Shown here: in pieces, positions 1-12,824 of the stretch
Position numbering within the stretch: position 1 is the first letter of the stretch
Layout: every line of letters begins with the position of its first letter
Source of the DNA: Callorhinchus milii
Lineage: Eukaryota
DNA: 64,000 nucleotides
Direction: 5' to 3'
NCBI RefSeq assembly: GCF_018977255.1
Contig: NW_024704742.1
Coordinates: 50,160,001 to 50,224,000, forward strand
Position numbers and translations under genes: made by a program
The notes under the pieces: generated by a model
Seen by the model: only the letters and a program-made list of their open reading frames with translations
Database searches by the model: none
Told to the model about the DNA's origin: nothing

Positions 1-39
1 CAATTAAAAAACAAATTTGGCATCAAATGTGTTCATGTT

Positions 40-1089
40 ATGCCTAGGTTCCCAGTGCGCAACCTAGGTGTCCAGTTCGTCCTCCAACTGTCCTTCTCTG
101 ACTATCACTGCCTTCTTCCACCTCCGCCACATTGTCTGCCTCCGACCGTACCTTACCCCAAATGCTGCCGAAACCCTCCTGCATGCGTTTGTCGCCTCCC
201 GCCTGAATTACTCAAACGCACTCCTCGCCAGTCTCCCCAGCTCCACCATTCACAAGATCAGCTCATTCAGAACACTGCTGCCTGCATACTGACCAGGACC
301 AAACCCCATACCCACATTTCACCAGTTCTGACCAGGCTCCACTGGCTCCACATCACCGAACGGATCGAAGTAAAGATCCTCACACTCGTATTCAAATCCC
401 TTCACTCCCTGGCACCTCCCTCCCTCTCCGACCTCCTCACTCCCCAATCCACCATCCAGCGCCTCCACTCAACTGGCAACCAACTCCTGCTCATCCCTCG
501 CACGCTCTGCCCCACCATTGGTTGTGCTTTCAGCCACTACACCCCAAAACTCTGAACACTCTCCCTCAATCCCTCCACCTTGTCCCCTCTCTCACCTCTT
601 TCAAGTCCTGCCTGAAAACTTTTATGTTCGACCGTGCTTATGGCCACCTCTCCACTCCCTCTGGCTCAGAGACAGGCTCTGCCACTGTTAAGCACTTTGT
701 AATGCTACCCTGCATGGAGGGTGCTATATAAGGAGGAGTTCTGTAGCTCAGTGGTTAAAACACTCGCTTTGCAAGTGAGAGACCTGAGTTCAATTCCTGG
801 TAGGGCGAAACCTTGGGCAAGTTTCCTTACTCCACACGCCTAATAATAATCCCTCCAACAAACAAAACAATAATAAATTGGTCATTTTCAATCCACGACT
901 GTTTGTGGGACATTGCTGTGCGCAATTGGCTGCCGCGTTCGGCCACAAATATACAGTCAATTCACTTTACAGTATATTCTGTGAAGCGCTTTGGGACATC
1001 TAGAAGACGTGAAAAGCGCTATATCAAATGCAAGGAATATTATTATTATTATTATTATTGTTATTTATAAGAGCAAGTAGTTGTTGTTG
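40..1089 (+). mobile_element. L2 LINE 3' fragment (decayed ORF2 end plus 3' UTR), with its tail split by a SINE
   Basis: Translates to ...PVRNLGV, HAFVASRLNYSN and LHWLHITERIEVKILTL. The tail GCTATATAAG...AGCAAGTAGTTGTTGTTG resumes after the SINE. Confidence 0.9.
733..1065 (+). mobile_element. tRNA(Ala)-derived SINE with Deu-like core and L2-type tail
   Basis: A box TAGCTCAGTGG, B box GAGTTCAATTCC, anticodon-loop-like CTTTGCAAG, core GTGGGACATTGCTGTGCGCAATTGGCTGCCGCG, (ATT)n tail and a TATAAG TSD. Confidence 0.9.
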
Positions 1090-1139
1090 GCCAAAGTAAC
1101 TACTGAGAGTTGCACAAATCTCAATTTGTTTAACAGTGT

Positions 1140-1370
1140 GAACTGTGTAACAAGTGAAACATGCAGTATCTGAACATTTGATACTCACAATACCTGGACG
1201 AGTCATACACAGAATATCTGAACAATTGATACACCCAAGTCAAACAAACAGTCCCTGAACAATTAATATACACCATATCTGAATAAGGGATTCACACATT
1301 ACCTACACAAGTGATACACAACATAATACCTGAACAGTGATACACACTGTACCTGAACAATGAGACAATA
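1140..1370. repeat. Degenerate minisatellite, unit about 24-25 nt (TACCTGAACAAGTGATACACA-like)
   Basis: About 8 imperfect copies of ...ctgaaca.ttgatacac... are visible. Confidence 0.65.
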
Positions 1371-1371
1371 C

Positions 1372-1572
1372 AATACAAAATTACATTTGTAAAGCGCCTT
1401 TCACGTTGGGAGGATGTCCTAACGCGCTCGACAGGCAGGGATTAGGACCTGAGTTGGTGGTGGTGGGGTGGGAGGAGATCAGGAGGGGCTTGAGGGTGCA
1501 ACTTTAAGAAGGCAAGGAGGGAGCGAGGCAAAGGGAATGTGGGATGGAGTTCCAGAGGGTGGGGGCAGGACA
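1372..1572 (-). mobile_element. L2 3' end fragment
   Basis: aagcgcctttcacgttgggaggatgtcc...gagttccagagggtgggggcag matches the other L2 tails in the window. Confidence 0.75.
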
Positions 1573-2490
1573 AGGTAATAATAGTAAAACAAGAAGCTAT
1601 GGGAGGGGGAAGTTCAAAACTTAATGTTCCAATCTGCCCTGGTGATAATTATCACATTTGCAGTATGCGATCTGATCACAAGATCAGTTCAGATGAAGCC
1701 CTTCAGCTCATTTGATCTTATCCTTCTAGAACACCCACCTTATGGTGTTCCCATTATATCAACCTTTTCCTTTGCCTGAACCACTCTTCCTACTAACTCA
1801 GTCCAGTTGGTAATCACAATCTTTGTAAAGAAACAGATACTGGATTAATCAGAAAAATAGGAGACAAAGTGGAACATGGAATTTATATTGCTTTGGCAGA
1901 CAGTCATCTAAAATTCTAAAATCAAACAAGCCATTGCAAACAAACTAAAGTGCTTGAATCTTTAACAAAAAAAATTGATCCAACACTGAATGACCTGGAA
2001 AGAGAACTATTCTCCAGAAGTCAGAGGTGTGATTTAATCCACTTGTTAAATAATTAACAAAAACAACCTCAAATACTGTACCTTGTGATAATTATTATCA
2101 GTGACAATTCCCTGCACTAATTACAATCACATCACGTTCTGCAAGTCTGCTCCTATAAATTACAATTGAAAAATAATGAGTGTGCATTAAAAATATTACA
2201 ATTATACTGTCAATGGTTACATATGTGCTTCTTAAAAATATGACCGTGTTAATAAGAAATACTTTAGCCTATGGATGCATTCATTTGGTATCTTTGAATT
2301 ATGGACAGTACTCCTCAACTTCGCTAACAACAATAATCCTTGCATTTGATATAATATTTAATATTTGATTATTACACCATCGAAATGTCGCGATACAGTT
2401 CAGAGGATTTTTCTCTAAAATTTAGTGACTGCATTATAAGGGAATTAATGAATACAGACTATGAAGATATTTGTAAATTAGAATTACTAG

Positions 2491-2783
2491 ATAATAATAA
2501 CCCTTGCATTTGATATAGCACTTTTCACATCTTCGAGATGTCTCAAAGTGCTTCGCAGAATACACTGTAAAGTGAATTGTGGGTGAAACGCGGCAGCCAA
2601 TTATGCACAGCTGTGTCCCACAAGTCATGGGTTGAAGTGACTAATTTAATATTTTTTTTCTTGAGGGATTATTATCAGGCATCTAGAGTAAGGATATTTG
2701 CCCAAGGTTTCGCTCTGCTGGTAATCGAACCCAGATCTCTCGCTTGTGAGGCAAATGCTCTAGCCACTGAGCTACAGGACTCC
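2491..2783 (-). mobile_element. tRNA(Ala)-derived SINE
   Basis: Reverse complement of the 733-1065 family, ending ...ccactgagctacaggactcc. Confidence 0.9.
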
Positions 2784-3542
2784 ATATTGAGATATTACTG
2801 AAACGGGGCCTTTGATGACACATATTCAAGTATTATTTCTCCCTTAATAAAATAGAATTAAAGTGGATATATATCTTGTACCATTTCTGTTGCTTGGTTA
2901 TAAAATTCTGTTGCTGATTTTTAATGGAGATTGGATAGCTGTCATCCAAATAAAAATATCATAATTTAAATTGAGGTAATAGAACAGAAATTGACAGTCA
3001 AGTTAGAAGCTTCTTTATTGGATTTTTTGTAAACTATCTTAGTCATATACCCAAACTGACAATAATATAATATGGTTCAGTTGATGGTATTCTAAAATTC
3101 TTGACTATCTGTCAGGTTCATGATAACGTTCAGCTCTTTTCCTCAGCAAGTGTTTCTGAGAGATACATATCACAGTATTTGTATATCTAAAATGAGGTTT
3201 CAAGACTTCAGTTCATTTGATTTTAATGTATTTCTCCAAATCAGAAATGTGAAATATTTGCAAGTGAATCTTCACTGAAAGAACTATTTATGTTTTGCTG
3301 CTAAATCAATCATGAAGACTGATGTGCACTCCATTGGACTTTTATGGAAGCGGATTAAGATGATGCTTCTGGTGACAGTGCCTTGCTTCTCAATCCAGTG
3401 ATATAATGTATGGCTTTATGAATCAGAAGGTTGTAGTTTCAAGATCCACATGGAGGCACTGACCTCAAAGATCAGACTGATACACCAAAGCAGTTTCATG
3501 TTTAATGTTCAAAATCAAAGCCTCTGCTAGTCTCAAGGCCTC

Positions 3543-5150
3543 AACAACAACAAAATTACATTTGCATAGTGTATTTCACGTTGGGAGATCCGAAGGTGCT
3601 GGACAATTAGTGTTTTGGGGATCGGGGAGAGCATGGGGAGGAAGGATGGTGAGTGAAGGCACGGTCGAAGGGGAGGTTCTGGAGTTGGGTCTTGAAGGAG
3701 GTAAATGAAGAGGCGAGGCAGAGGCACTGTGGGATGGAGTTCCAGAGGATGGGGGCAGAGTGGCTGAAGGACCACACTCCAATGGTGGGGCGGGCGAGGT
3801 GGGGGACATGAAGCAGGCCAGAGCCCGCTGTGTGGAGCGAGTAGGCAGATTGGTAGGGTGTTAGGAGCTTGCAGAGGAAGGAGGGAGCAAGGCCATGGAG
3901 AGCTTTGTAGGTGAGAACCAAGATCTTGAACTGTATCCTCTGTGTGATGGGAAGCCAGTGGAGTCAGGTGAGAATGGGGGTGAAACGGTCATGGAGCCTG
4001 CTGCAGGACAGGACACGGGCTGCAGAGTGCTGGATGATTTTCAGCCTATGGAGGGAGGAGCTCGGGAGGCCGACAAGCAAGGAGTTTGCATATTCGAGCC
4101 TGGATTTTATGAATGCGTGTATGAGGATTTCTGTGGCCTGCGGTATGAGACAGTGGCAGAGCCGGGCCATGTTGGAGCGGAGGAAAGGCGGAGCTGGTCA
4201 TGGCACAGATGTGGGGTAGTAAGGATAGTTGAGGGTCAAACAAGATGCCAAGATTCCAGACTGGCTTAATAAGGTGGAGTTTGCATCCTTGGATGGTGAT
4301 GCTGTCAGAGCCTGAGGTGAGGAGGCGCTGACAGGAACCAATCAGGAGGGCCTCAGTCTTGTTTACATTCAACTGAAGAAAGTTAGCTCTCATCCAACAC
4401 TTGATGTCTGACAAACATTCTGTCAGGACAGCAGTGGTCCTGGAATCAAGGGTGGAGGAAGAGAGGTACAGTTGGGTGTCATCCGCATACATGTGGAAGT
4501 TGACCCCATGTCTGCGGATGATGTCACCAAGAGGGAGCATACAGATACTGAAGAGGAGGGGACCAAGGACAGAGCCGTGATGAACGCCACACGAGACGGT
4601 GCGGGGGCTAGAGGAGAAACCATTTGTGGAGATGAAGTGGAGACAGTGTGAGAGGTAGGATCTGAACCAGTCAAGGACAGAATCATGAAGGTTGAAGTGA
4701 GAGGAGAGGTGGTGGATGAGGATAGAGTGGTCGCCGGTGTCGATGGCAGCAGAAAGGTAAGGAGGATGAGGAGGCAGATGGAGCCCTAGTCACAGATGGG
4801 CAAAATGTCATTTGTCACTTTGACCAAAGTTGTTTCTGTGCTGTGGGCGGCCCGGAAACCTGATTGGAGGGGTTTGTGAAGGGAGTGGTGGGAGAGGAAG
4901 GAGCAAAGCTGGGAAGCAATAACTCATTCCAGGACCTTGGAAAGGAAATGGAGGTTGGAGATGGGATGGTAGTTTGAGAAAAGGGATGAGTCCATGGAGG
5001 GTTTTTTAAGGATAGAGTGAGGACGGCTGTTTTTAAAGGGGTGGGAACGGTGCCAGTGGACAGGGAAAAGTTTATGGTGTCTGTGAGTAGAGAGGCAAGG
5101 AGGTGGAGCTGAAAGTTAAGGAGAGGGGTCGGATGTGGAACAGGTGGTCG
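3543..5150 (-). mobile_element. L2 LINE, about 1.6 kb and 5'-truncated, with a disrupted RT domain
   Basis: Translates to YHPISNLHFLSKVLE, GSVLGPLLF, FHMYADDTQLYL and NFLQLNVNKTE, followed by the C-terminal region and (GTT)n tail. Frameshifts are present. Confidence 0.95.
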
Positions 5151-5342
5151 GTTTCATGTGGTTATCTCAAACTTGATCATGAAATAAAATGTTCGCTGCT
5201 CTTCTAAAAATCCAGTGCAGAAAATACGTATTAAACCCCCAAAACATTACCACACTATTTAAGGGCTAAAAACATAAAAATCTCTCACCTACTGTATGAA
5301 GAATAAAAAAAAGGTGGCTGATCAACTTTGAAAAACTGGATT

Positions 5343-5942
5343 AACAACAACAACAACTTGGATTTATATAGCGTCCTCCACACTGGACGGCGTCTCAGAG
5401 CGCTTCACAGTAACGGATCCCGGGGCCAAGCCAGGGGGAGGGGGAGGAAGGTGACCAAAGGCGCGGTCGAAAAGAAAAGTCTTCAGCAGAGACCTGAAAA
5501 TAGGAAGAGAGGGGGGCGAGGCGAAGGGAGTGAGGAACAGAGTTCCAGAGTCTCTGGGTGTAGTGGCTGAAGGCACGGCCGCCGAGGGTGGAGAGGAGGA
5601 CTCAGGGGACAAGGAGGAGGCCAGACCCGGAGGAATGAAGGCAACGGGCACTATTTTGAGGAGAGGAGGTCGGAGAGGTAGGGGGGTGCGGAGGAGTGGA
5701 GGGATTTGAAGACAAGGGTGAGGATCCTGAAATCGATCCTCTCTGGGACAGGCAGCCAGTGCAGTCTGGCAAGGGCTGGGGTGATCGGGGAGCGGAGTTT
5801 GGTGCGGGTGAGAATGCGGGCGGCAGAGTTTTGAATAATCTAGATTTTATGGATGGTAGTGGAGGGGAGGCCGGCGAGGAGGGCGTTAGAATAGTGAAGC
5901 CGAGAGGTGACAAAGGCATGGACCAGGGTTTCAGCGGCTTTC
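5343..5942 (-). mobile_element. Young L2 3' fragment (same subfamily as 15854-16794)
   Basis: High identity by eye to the 16.2-16.8 kb copy, including the 3' UTR GGCCCCGGGATCCGTTACTGTGAAGCGCTCTGAGACGCC. CpGs are retained. Confidence 0.93.
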
Positions 5943-7119
5943 AGTGGATTAAGGGTGAGGGGGCAGAGGATGGGGTAGGGGGTAGGAGGGTGTACTTCTG
6001 ATGTTTTACACCAGCTTTAGAGCAAATCCAGCAATGTTATTTTATGTTGAACACTTCAAATTGTGGCTATAATTAGATTCACAGTACATTTATAGAAGAT
6101 ACAGGTTTACTTATAACTTTGTATTGCACCTTTACAAACTGTTCCTGTACTGCATATCAAAGATCACTGTGTCACTTATGTAAGGACTGTTGTTATATAT
6201 CATTCACCAAATTGAAACTTGGGGCCTATTTTCTCTGTCAAAAAAACGAAAGGAAATCGTAGGGAAAAATGTAACACAAAACACACAGTTAAATTCAATG
6301 AATATCGGGCTTTATTTTAAAAGATCCCTTTAACATGTGCATCTCAAAACTGGATGAAGCACAATGCTGGCTCTGGGAATGCAGACAGTTAGCCAGTTCC
6401 AGCATTGCAATGCCCAAATCAACTCTCTGTTCATGCATCACATTATGTGCCCATTGTTGGAACCAGCATTGCAGGTAGGCACAGTCTAGGATATGCACCC
6501 ATATAGTGTGCAGACCCCAAAATAAATCAATGAATTTGGGTTTAAAAAATTAAAAAATTAAATTCTGTTGAAAAATCACATTTGTACAGATTAACTCATA
6601 AACAAAATGGTGAAAACTGGTAAAATAAAACTTTGATGATCCTCATTCTTACTTTTCATCTGCGAAAAATCTGTAACACATCTATATGTTTGGCAAATGA
6701 ACACGTTTATTAAGATGGCAGCAAGTTTATGTAATAGAATCCCTATTACCAAATCCTGCTTTAGATTCCAACCACATGTATAGCAGTGGTAGTTCCAATC
6801 TAGAAAAAAAAACTTACTGGAATTTCTGCTACCTGAAGGAGAGTCTTAATCACTCCTTTTCAACATATGTTAAGAAATGGGTGATTGTGCTTTTCTGATC
6901 ACCCAGTGGCCAATGGTAGCATTGTTGCAGAGCAGAAACCATAGATTTGAATCTTGTGTCAGGATGGTCTAAGCTTTCAGCTGCTGAGGGCCAGATGTCC
7001 TATTTGACAAACATAAGCAATATTTTTGTGTTTCCCTTCCAGAAACATAACATTTACTGGTTATGGAGGGAGCAGGTGGGCCAGATGTAATGGAGGGTGA
7101 GGGAGTGGATGAAATCGAC

Positions 7120-7375
7120 CTACAGGCCACCAGTTATCTGATGTCAGCCATAAGAGGAATTTGGGCACTTCAACTGGCCTCATCTATCCCTGGGCTAGAA
7201 GTGAAAAAATTAACAAAGAGATCCCAGTCTTGGTCACTAACTCTGGTCGAAATTGGAACTCACTCATGAACAACTGGGCACTGGCGTAAGGTATTGGAGA
7301 TGTGCTGGTGCCTCTGGAAATGTACTCCATTACTCCATCAGAAGAAGAGGAGGGCAGAAAAGGAGAAAAACATTG
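7120..7375 (+). mobile_element. Old SINE-like repeat (same family as 56530-56880, fragment near 53860-53920)
   Basis: Shares a core of the form gggcact.caa.tggcctca...ctgggctag..g.gaaaaa with the 56.6 kb copy. Confidence 0.5.
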
Positions 7376-8634
7376 ATAATAAATGAGAGGCTTAAAAAAG
7401 AAATAATTAGGAATTAGCGGAGGAATTTCTCATAGGGAAAGTCCATGGCTGCCCTTTGATTGATTTATGTGTGTTGAAGATATATTAGAAAAAAATTCTG
7501 CTGAATGTGGGCTGAGCAAGTCTAAATGTAGGCACAGGTCCCAATCATATCATGATAATTTCTATTGTAATTTTCTATTGAAGTTAAAACAATTCTGTCA
7601 ACTGTTTTATTTAAAGGATTATATTACAGTGCAGGGACAATAAAATATCAATATCAAGAATCAGAAAGAAGAATCAATACAATACAATGATGAAATACCA
7701 TAAAAATAGTAATCCTTACATTTCATATTAAGCCTTATCACATCATCAAGATGTCTCAAACCAATGCACAGGAATTTCTGTAAAATATACTTACTATGTA
7801 TTTTGTAGGCACTATATGCTAGAGAGTTTGCTTAGAAACAGTATAACCTACAAAATGCAGTTGAGATCACCAGTCTATCATTCTTAAATGCTGCCACCAA
7901 TAATATGTCCTTTATCTCAGAGGATACTTTTTCTGTTTCTTTGTAATATCATCCAGTTATAATCCAATAATAAATACAACAACTGTGTACCCACAGAGGA
8001 ATATTTGCTATTTCTTCCATATTTCGCTTGAAATGTTTCTTAACATACTATTAGAATTCAAGCATTCCCCCATTTTAACACAACAGCATTGGGAGACAAG
8101 GGCATGCTATGCTGATCTCAGCTTCCGGTTCAGAATGCTGCTAAGTTGTACAAAGTATTACTCTCGTTCCAAAGCAGCAATGAGGGAAGTACACCAATCG
8201 ACTGACGACACTGGAGGACTTTCTTAATTTCATTCCAGTTATATTGGATTTTTCTGTCATTGAGCCAGTCACCTCTTTTTGAAAGATATCCAGTCAGTCA
8301 CTGTCGCTGAATAATAGATGGTCATTTAACTCCTTGTGGCACAGCGACCATAAAGATTAAAAAGCAGAACAAAGTATTTGCATTCTCAACTGAGAGCCAC
8401 AGAACAATAACCAGCATGAAAACTGGAGCCGAAAAGTAATAATAGCAATAAAATGCACCATTAGATCAGGAATCTATTTCAAAATCTTGATCCTGAAAAA
8501 GCTATTTGCCTTAACAGTGTTTGAGTTTGCACAAATCTTTCTAAGATGTTCTCTTTACTGATCTACTCCAAATATATCAGTGGATTTCCAAAGGAAACAA
8601 CAGCACCAAGACATTGAGCTATCCACAAGACTCA

Positions 8635-8882
8635 AGCAGTACCCCAACACACATTCTGGGATCCCCAAGCCTTGGCTTTTGCCAACCTGCTCCTAAAACT
8701 TTCCGGAATTAAGTAAGCAGGATGCGTTCCTCCAGGGAGAGAGTGTGCATTCGATTCCAACATCTATCTCTGAGATTTCCATGTGTAGGTGGAATGCATA
8801 GAAATGCAACTTGGTTTGGAAACTCTTAAGCATGACGATGGGTTTCCGCATGTGTCACTCATATGGCTGAGCAAAAAAAAAC
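8635..8882 (+). repeat. Unclassified A-tailed interspersed repeat, 3' part (family X)
   Basis: gcagtaccccaacacaca...ccccaagccttggcttttgccaacctgc...ggctgagcaaaaaaaaa aligns with 38686-38933. Confidence 0.85.
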
Positions 8883-9149
8883 AAGAATGAGGTCAAAATC
8901 TGACCTGATAACACCAGTACACCCACTGCCAATTTTGCCAAAGTTCATGGAAATCACAGTGATTGAAACACTCAGCGGTAAAATCACATTCACAAAAAAT
9001 TGCAAAACTTTCTATTTGGTCTTTGGCTTTTTCCAGTGCAATGAGTAAACTTGTACACGCTCAACCTTCTGTCCAGAAATGAATCAATTCTCTTGGTGCA
9101 CAGAGTAAAATTAAACCAACGATCCTTGGTCTTTCCAGAGAGTACGACA

Positions 9150-9900
9150 TCTCAGCCTGACTGAGTAACTGGCCTTCTGTGGCATATCTGGTGAAGTACT
9201 AAAGTGGATACATAACTTCTTCACAGGATGCAAATATTGGGTCATGACCTATGGGGGCGTTCGTCTTCTGATGGCAACAGTTTTGCAGCAGAGCCCTCAG
9301 TGAAGTGTGCCTTGCTGTTTGTTGTCTCGATCAATGATCTGGTGGAGGTCATCAAAAGTGATGCAGTTCTTTTTTGCTTGATGATACCACCCTCCAAGAA
9401 TGGTTAAATCCCCATCTGAAAGACAAGTGGCAACCGAATCACTGCAGGAAGATACTGAAAGAATTGGACAGTGGGTGAAAAAAAATGGTGTTATCTTCAG
9501 TGCGGAGAAGATCAAGTTAATACTCTGTTCAGAAAGATGGACTGTGATATAGCCCCTCCAATACAACTCTAAAAGGGTTGCAAACACTCTTCAGAAACAA
9601 ACTTTCAGCTTCTTGATTTGGTAATCACATCTGATCTATGCTGGTGCAAAGAAGTGGCAGATGGCAAGAAAAGTTCACAGAAGAGTTGGAATCCTCAAGA
9701 AAGCTTGGTTCTAATTGTCACCATCAACACCTTCAGTGATATGCAAAGCTTTTATCAATCCAGTGATAGAATACCGTCGCGCTGTTTGGCAAACTGCAGA
9801 GAAAACCCATTTCTTGCCCCAGACTCAATGTAGTCTAAAGCCACAAAGAACGGCGGACACGATGAGAATGGGTTACTCCATACCAGAGTCTACCCACTAA
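9150..9900 (+). mobile_element. Ancient CR1-superfamily non-LTR RT relic
   Basis: Broken frames give LKWIHNFFTG, LLFVVSINDLVEVIKSDAVLF/.DDT, LVITSDLCW and KAFINPVIEY..AVW in the expected RT order. Confidence 0.75.
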
Positions 9901-10929
9901 AACAGTGAATAAATAGGGCTGCACTATGACCCCTCTATAAGGTGATGGCACACAAGGGTTTCTAACGTTCAAACTTTTCACGCCAGAAATACCAGAGTTG
10001 TTGCATTTGAGTCTCAACACTATGTATCAGTTCAGAAAGCCTGCAAGGAATACTTGCAGGAATGTTTCACCAATTATGCTTGCTCCCTGTGTTGCTCCAT
10101 CCCAGAAGCTATCATCCCTGGAATTCTGGCCCTATTGTGCAGACTCTGTACATAGATAGGTAACCATAGATTGACTCAGGGATACCTGAGCAATCATTAG
10201 ACTTTGCAGCAGTTGTTAATACCCCAGTGCAACTTCTCCATATTTTCTTGTGGATCCATTAACAATCAGGATCATGAAGTAATAATGGCCCTTATTGTCA
10301 TTTCTACTTGCACTCTGTTCTTATGCTGTCTAACATGCAAAAAATTTAATAAAATATTTACACTCATATTTCTGTTCATAAAGTAAAAACAATGTGTTGC
10401 AACAATTTATAGATTACAACTGATGTCCTTGATTTTCATAGTTTCCTATACATGGTCCAGGTACAAAAGCAAAATAATGTATTTACTCATTCTGTCCTTT
10501 CTTTACACAAGAGTAAAACCTTGTACTTTTCTGAAGATGTACAGCGTATAAAGATTAGAGTGATGAATAGCCATAACAATAAGTCTGTATAGTGTTTATT
10601 AAAGCTAATTAAATACTATTAATAATTGAAACCTGCTTTATAGGTGACCTGGCTTCCATAAATTTCTATTCCTATATATCTAGAATGATCATATTCATAA
10701 AAAACACAATTGTTTTACATCAAGAATGTTATTCACACTCAGTTTGGTTTATTTTAGTGAATGAACGTAATAATTCTGCATTAGGCTTCAAAGTACAATT
10801 TCACATTCCTCCACAGCAACATAGGAAACTGCAGACTGGGAATGATTATTGTAGTATATATCTGACAAATCAATCCACAAAGATACAACAATCTTAAACT
10901 ATACTATTTCTCTTTGACTGCTCTATTGA

Positions 10930-12150
10930 TCTTCAAAAACAGCTATGTAATTCCCTCTTGAACTTGTAATTACAGAGGAATTATAGCTGTTTGCCTTTAA
11001 CTCCTTCTTAGGTACTCTGTTCCATGTATTCACCACTCTGAAAAATAATTAAATCTGAACAGTCTATATTCAATTTGGGACTGAATCCATATCTTGTTCG
11101 AGATATTTTTGAACGTGATAAACATATAATTAGATTTCAGTTTATCCTATACCTGTTAGGATCATCAGTAAGTTCTCTCTTCAGCCTTCTCTTCTTTAGT
11201 GTGAACATTCTTAGCTTCTGGTGTCAGCCTGGCTCAGTTGGCAGCATCTCTGAGTCAAAAAGTTGTGGGTTCAAGCCCCATAGTCTAGGCTGAAACTCCA
11301 ATGCAATGCTAGGGGTGTGATGCATTGTTGGAAGCGCCATACTTTGGATGAGATGTTAAACTGATGTCACTTCTGTCTGTTCAGGTGGACGTTTAAGATC
11401 CTTTCACTGAGTTTCTCCCAGTATCTGTAGTGACCAACAATCCCCAGATAAAATTGATCACTGATTTCATAGCTGTTTGTGGGACATTGCTGTGAACAAA
11501 TGGGCTACTGCATTTCCCTACAGATACACAGTCACTAGACTTTACAGCAAATCCTGTGAAGCACTTTGAGATGTCTTACCGACATGAAGTGGACTATATA
11601 CCAACTACTTCATTGTTTTTATAGCTTGTCCTTATAACTGAGGTGAATAACTCCAGCTTTCTATCTAATTGCCCATCACTATTCTTTATCTAATACCAAG
11701 ATGTCCTTACTGCAACACCAATACATTATTCCACTTTCCCATTTCAATGTTTCACTCTGTCTCAAACTTGATCTTGCTCGCTATACTAACAGTGTGCTCA
11801 CTGTGCTAATGGTTACAGTAATCTGTTTACCATTAACCTCAAATCATGTTCCTGTGTTGAATCCAGTAGAGTTAAACCATATAGTTTATATTCCAAACTG
11901 TTTATTCTGCTTCTCTAATCTCACCATTCTGCAATAAAACATTTGCCATTAATCAGACCAATTCCTTAATCTATTCAAATCCCTTATTATATGTTTAGAT
12001 GATTTATTGTTTCTTATGCTACAGCAATTGTCAATCCTCTTCGGAATCTCCCACCCTCGTCCAAGCTTTTTGAATCTTATAGACCAATCTTCCTTGTGCA
12101 CTATATCAAAAGCTTTCCTAAAATCCAGACATATATCATTATATAATCTC
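10930..12150 (-). mobile_element. Decayed CR1 LINE fragments interrupted by a Deu-SINE
   Basis: CLDFRKAFDIVH and DLNRLRNWSD motifs are present, with CR1 3'-type sequence ttccatgtattcaccactctg. Confidence 0.7.
11221..11600 (+). mobile_element. Deu-core SINE (SacSINE/AmnSINE-like core, tRNA-like head)
   Basis: Head GTGTCAGCCTGGCTCAGTTGG..GGTTCAAGCCC, core GGATGAGATGTTAAAC..TTCAGGTGGACG, L2-type tail. Confidence 0.8.
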
Positions 12151-12824
12151 ACAGATTCTTGCTTTTTTACACGCATTGTCACATAAGTGGAATCTATACC
12201 ATACACCAATACAGCAAAAGTGAATAATGACCTTTGTTTGTATAACGCAGAACTATCTGTATGTATTTCAAACATACTAACATTTTTATATGAATAATAT
12301 TCAATACGGATTTGGGGAATACAATATTTATTCCAGGCATGAAGAATTTTATATTATGGCAGCCATGAGTTTTACATTTCTCTGATTATCTATATATGAA
12401 ATAGAATCCTGTTAGGTTTAATTCACTGCTGACATTTGAAACTTAGTAAGAAATCAATGGCAGGTAGTGTGCTTGTCAAAATATCATGTTAAATGGCACA
12501 TTATTGAAATCAGGAAGACCTTTGGAATGAAATTCCATGGGTCAGTTACATTACCAACCTTGCTTACATGCATTTATAAAACATAATCTAATTTTAAGTG
12601 CACATTGTCAAAGCCAGAAACTTTAGTGACCATCAAATATCCTCACCTGTGTTCTGTTTTTGTTATGATATAGATGGCTGATTTGACATTTTAAGATAAT
12701 GTGGATTATGACAAAGTGGATAATAAAGTGCAAAAAAATTTGTATTTACTACTTTTGGTAATTGTGTTTGAAAGTCAAAATGCATTTATCCTTGTCAATT
12801 CGGTTTATTGTGTTGTATCATTAG

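Noticed and set aside
733..810. tRNA-Ala gene (also at the other SINE heads)
   Set aside because: The A/B boxes belong to SINE heads that run into the SINE body and tail, with no proper acceptor stem or terminator.
6295..6498. ORF with WAHNVM and LKGSFK as a possible gabra2 exon 5
   Set aside because: It lacks EYTIDVFFRQ and KIWTPDTFFHNG, so the resemblance is chance. I found no exon 5 in 1-14900.
11135..11170. Minus-strand CTGATGA-TCCTA..TAGGA-TAAAC hammerhead-like motif
   Set aside because: It lies within decayed CR1 sequence and lacks the GAAA box, so it is probably chance.
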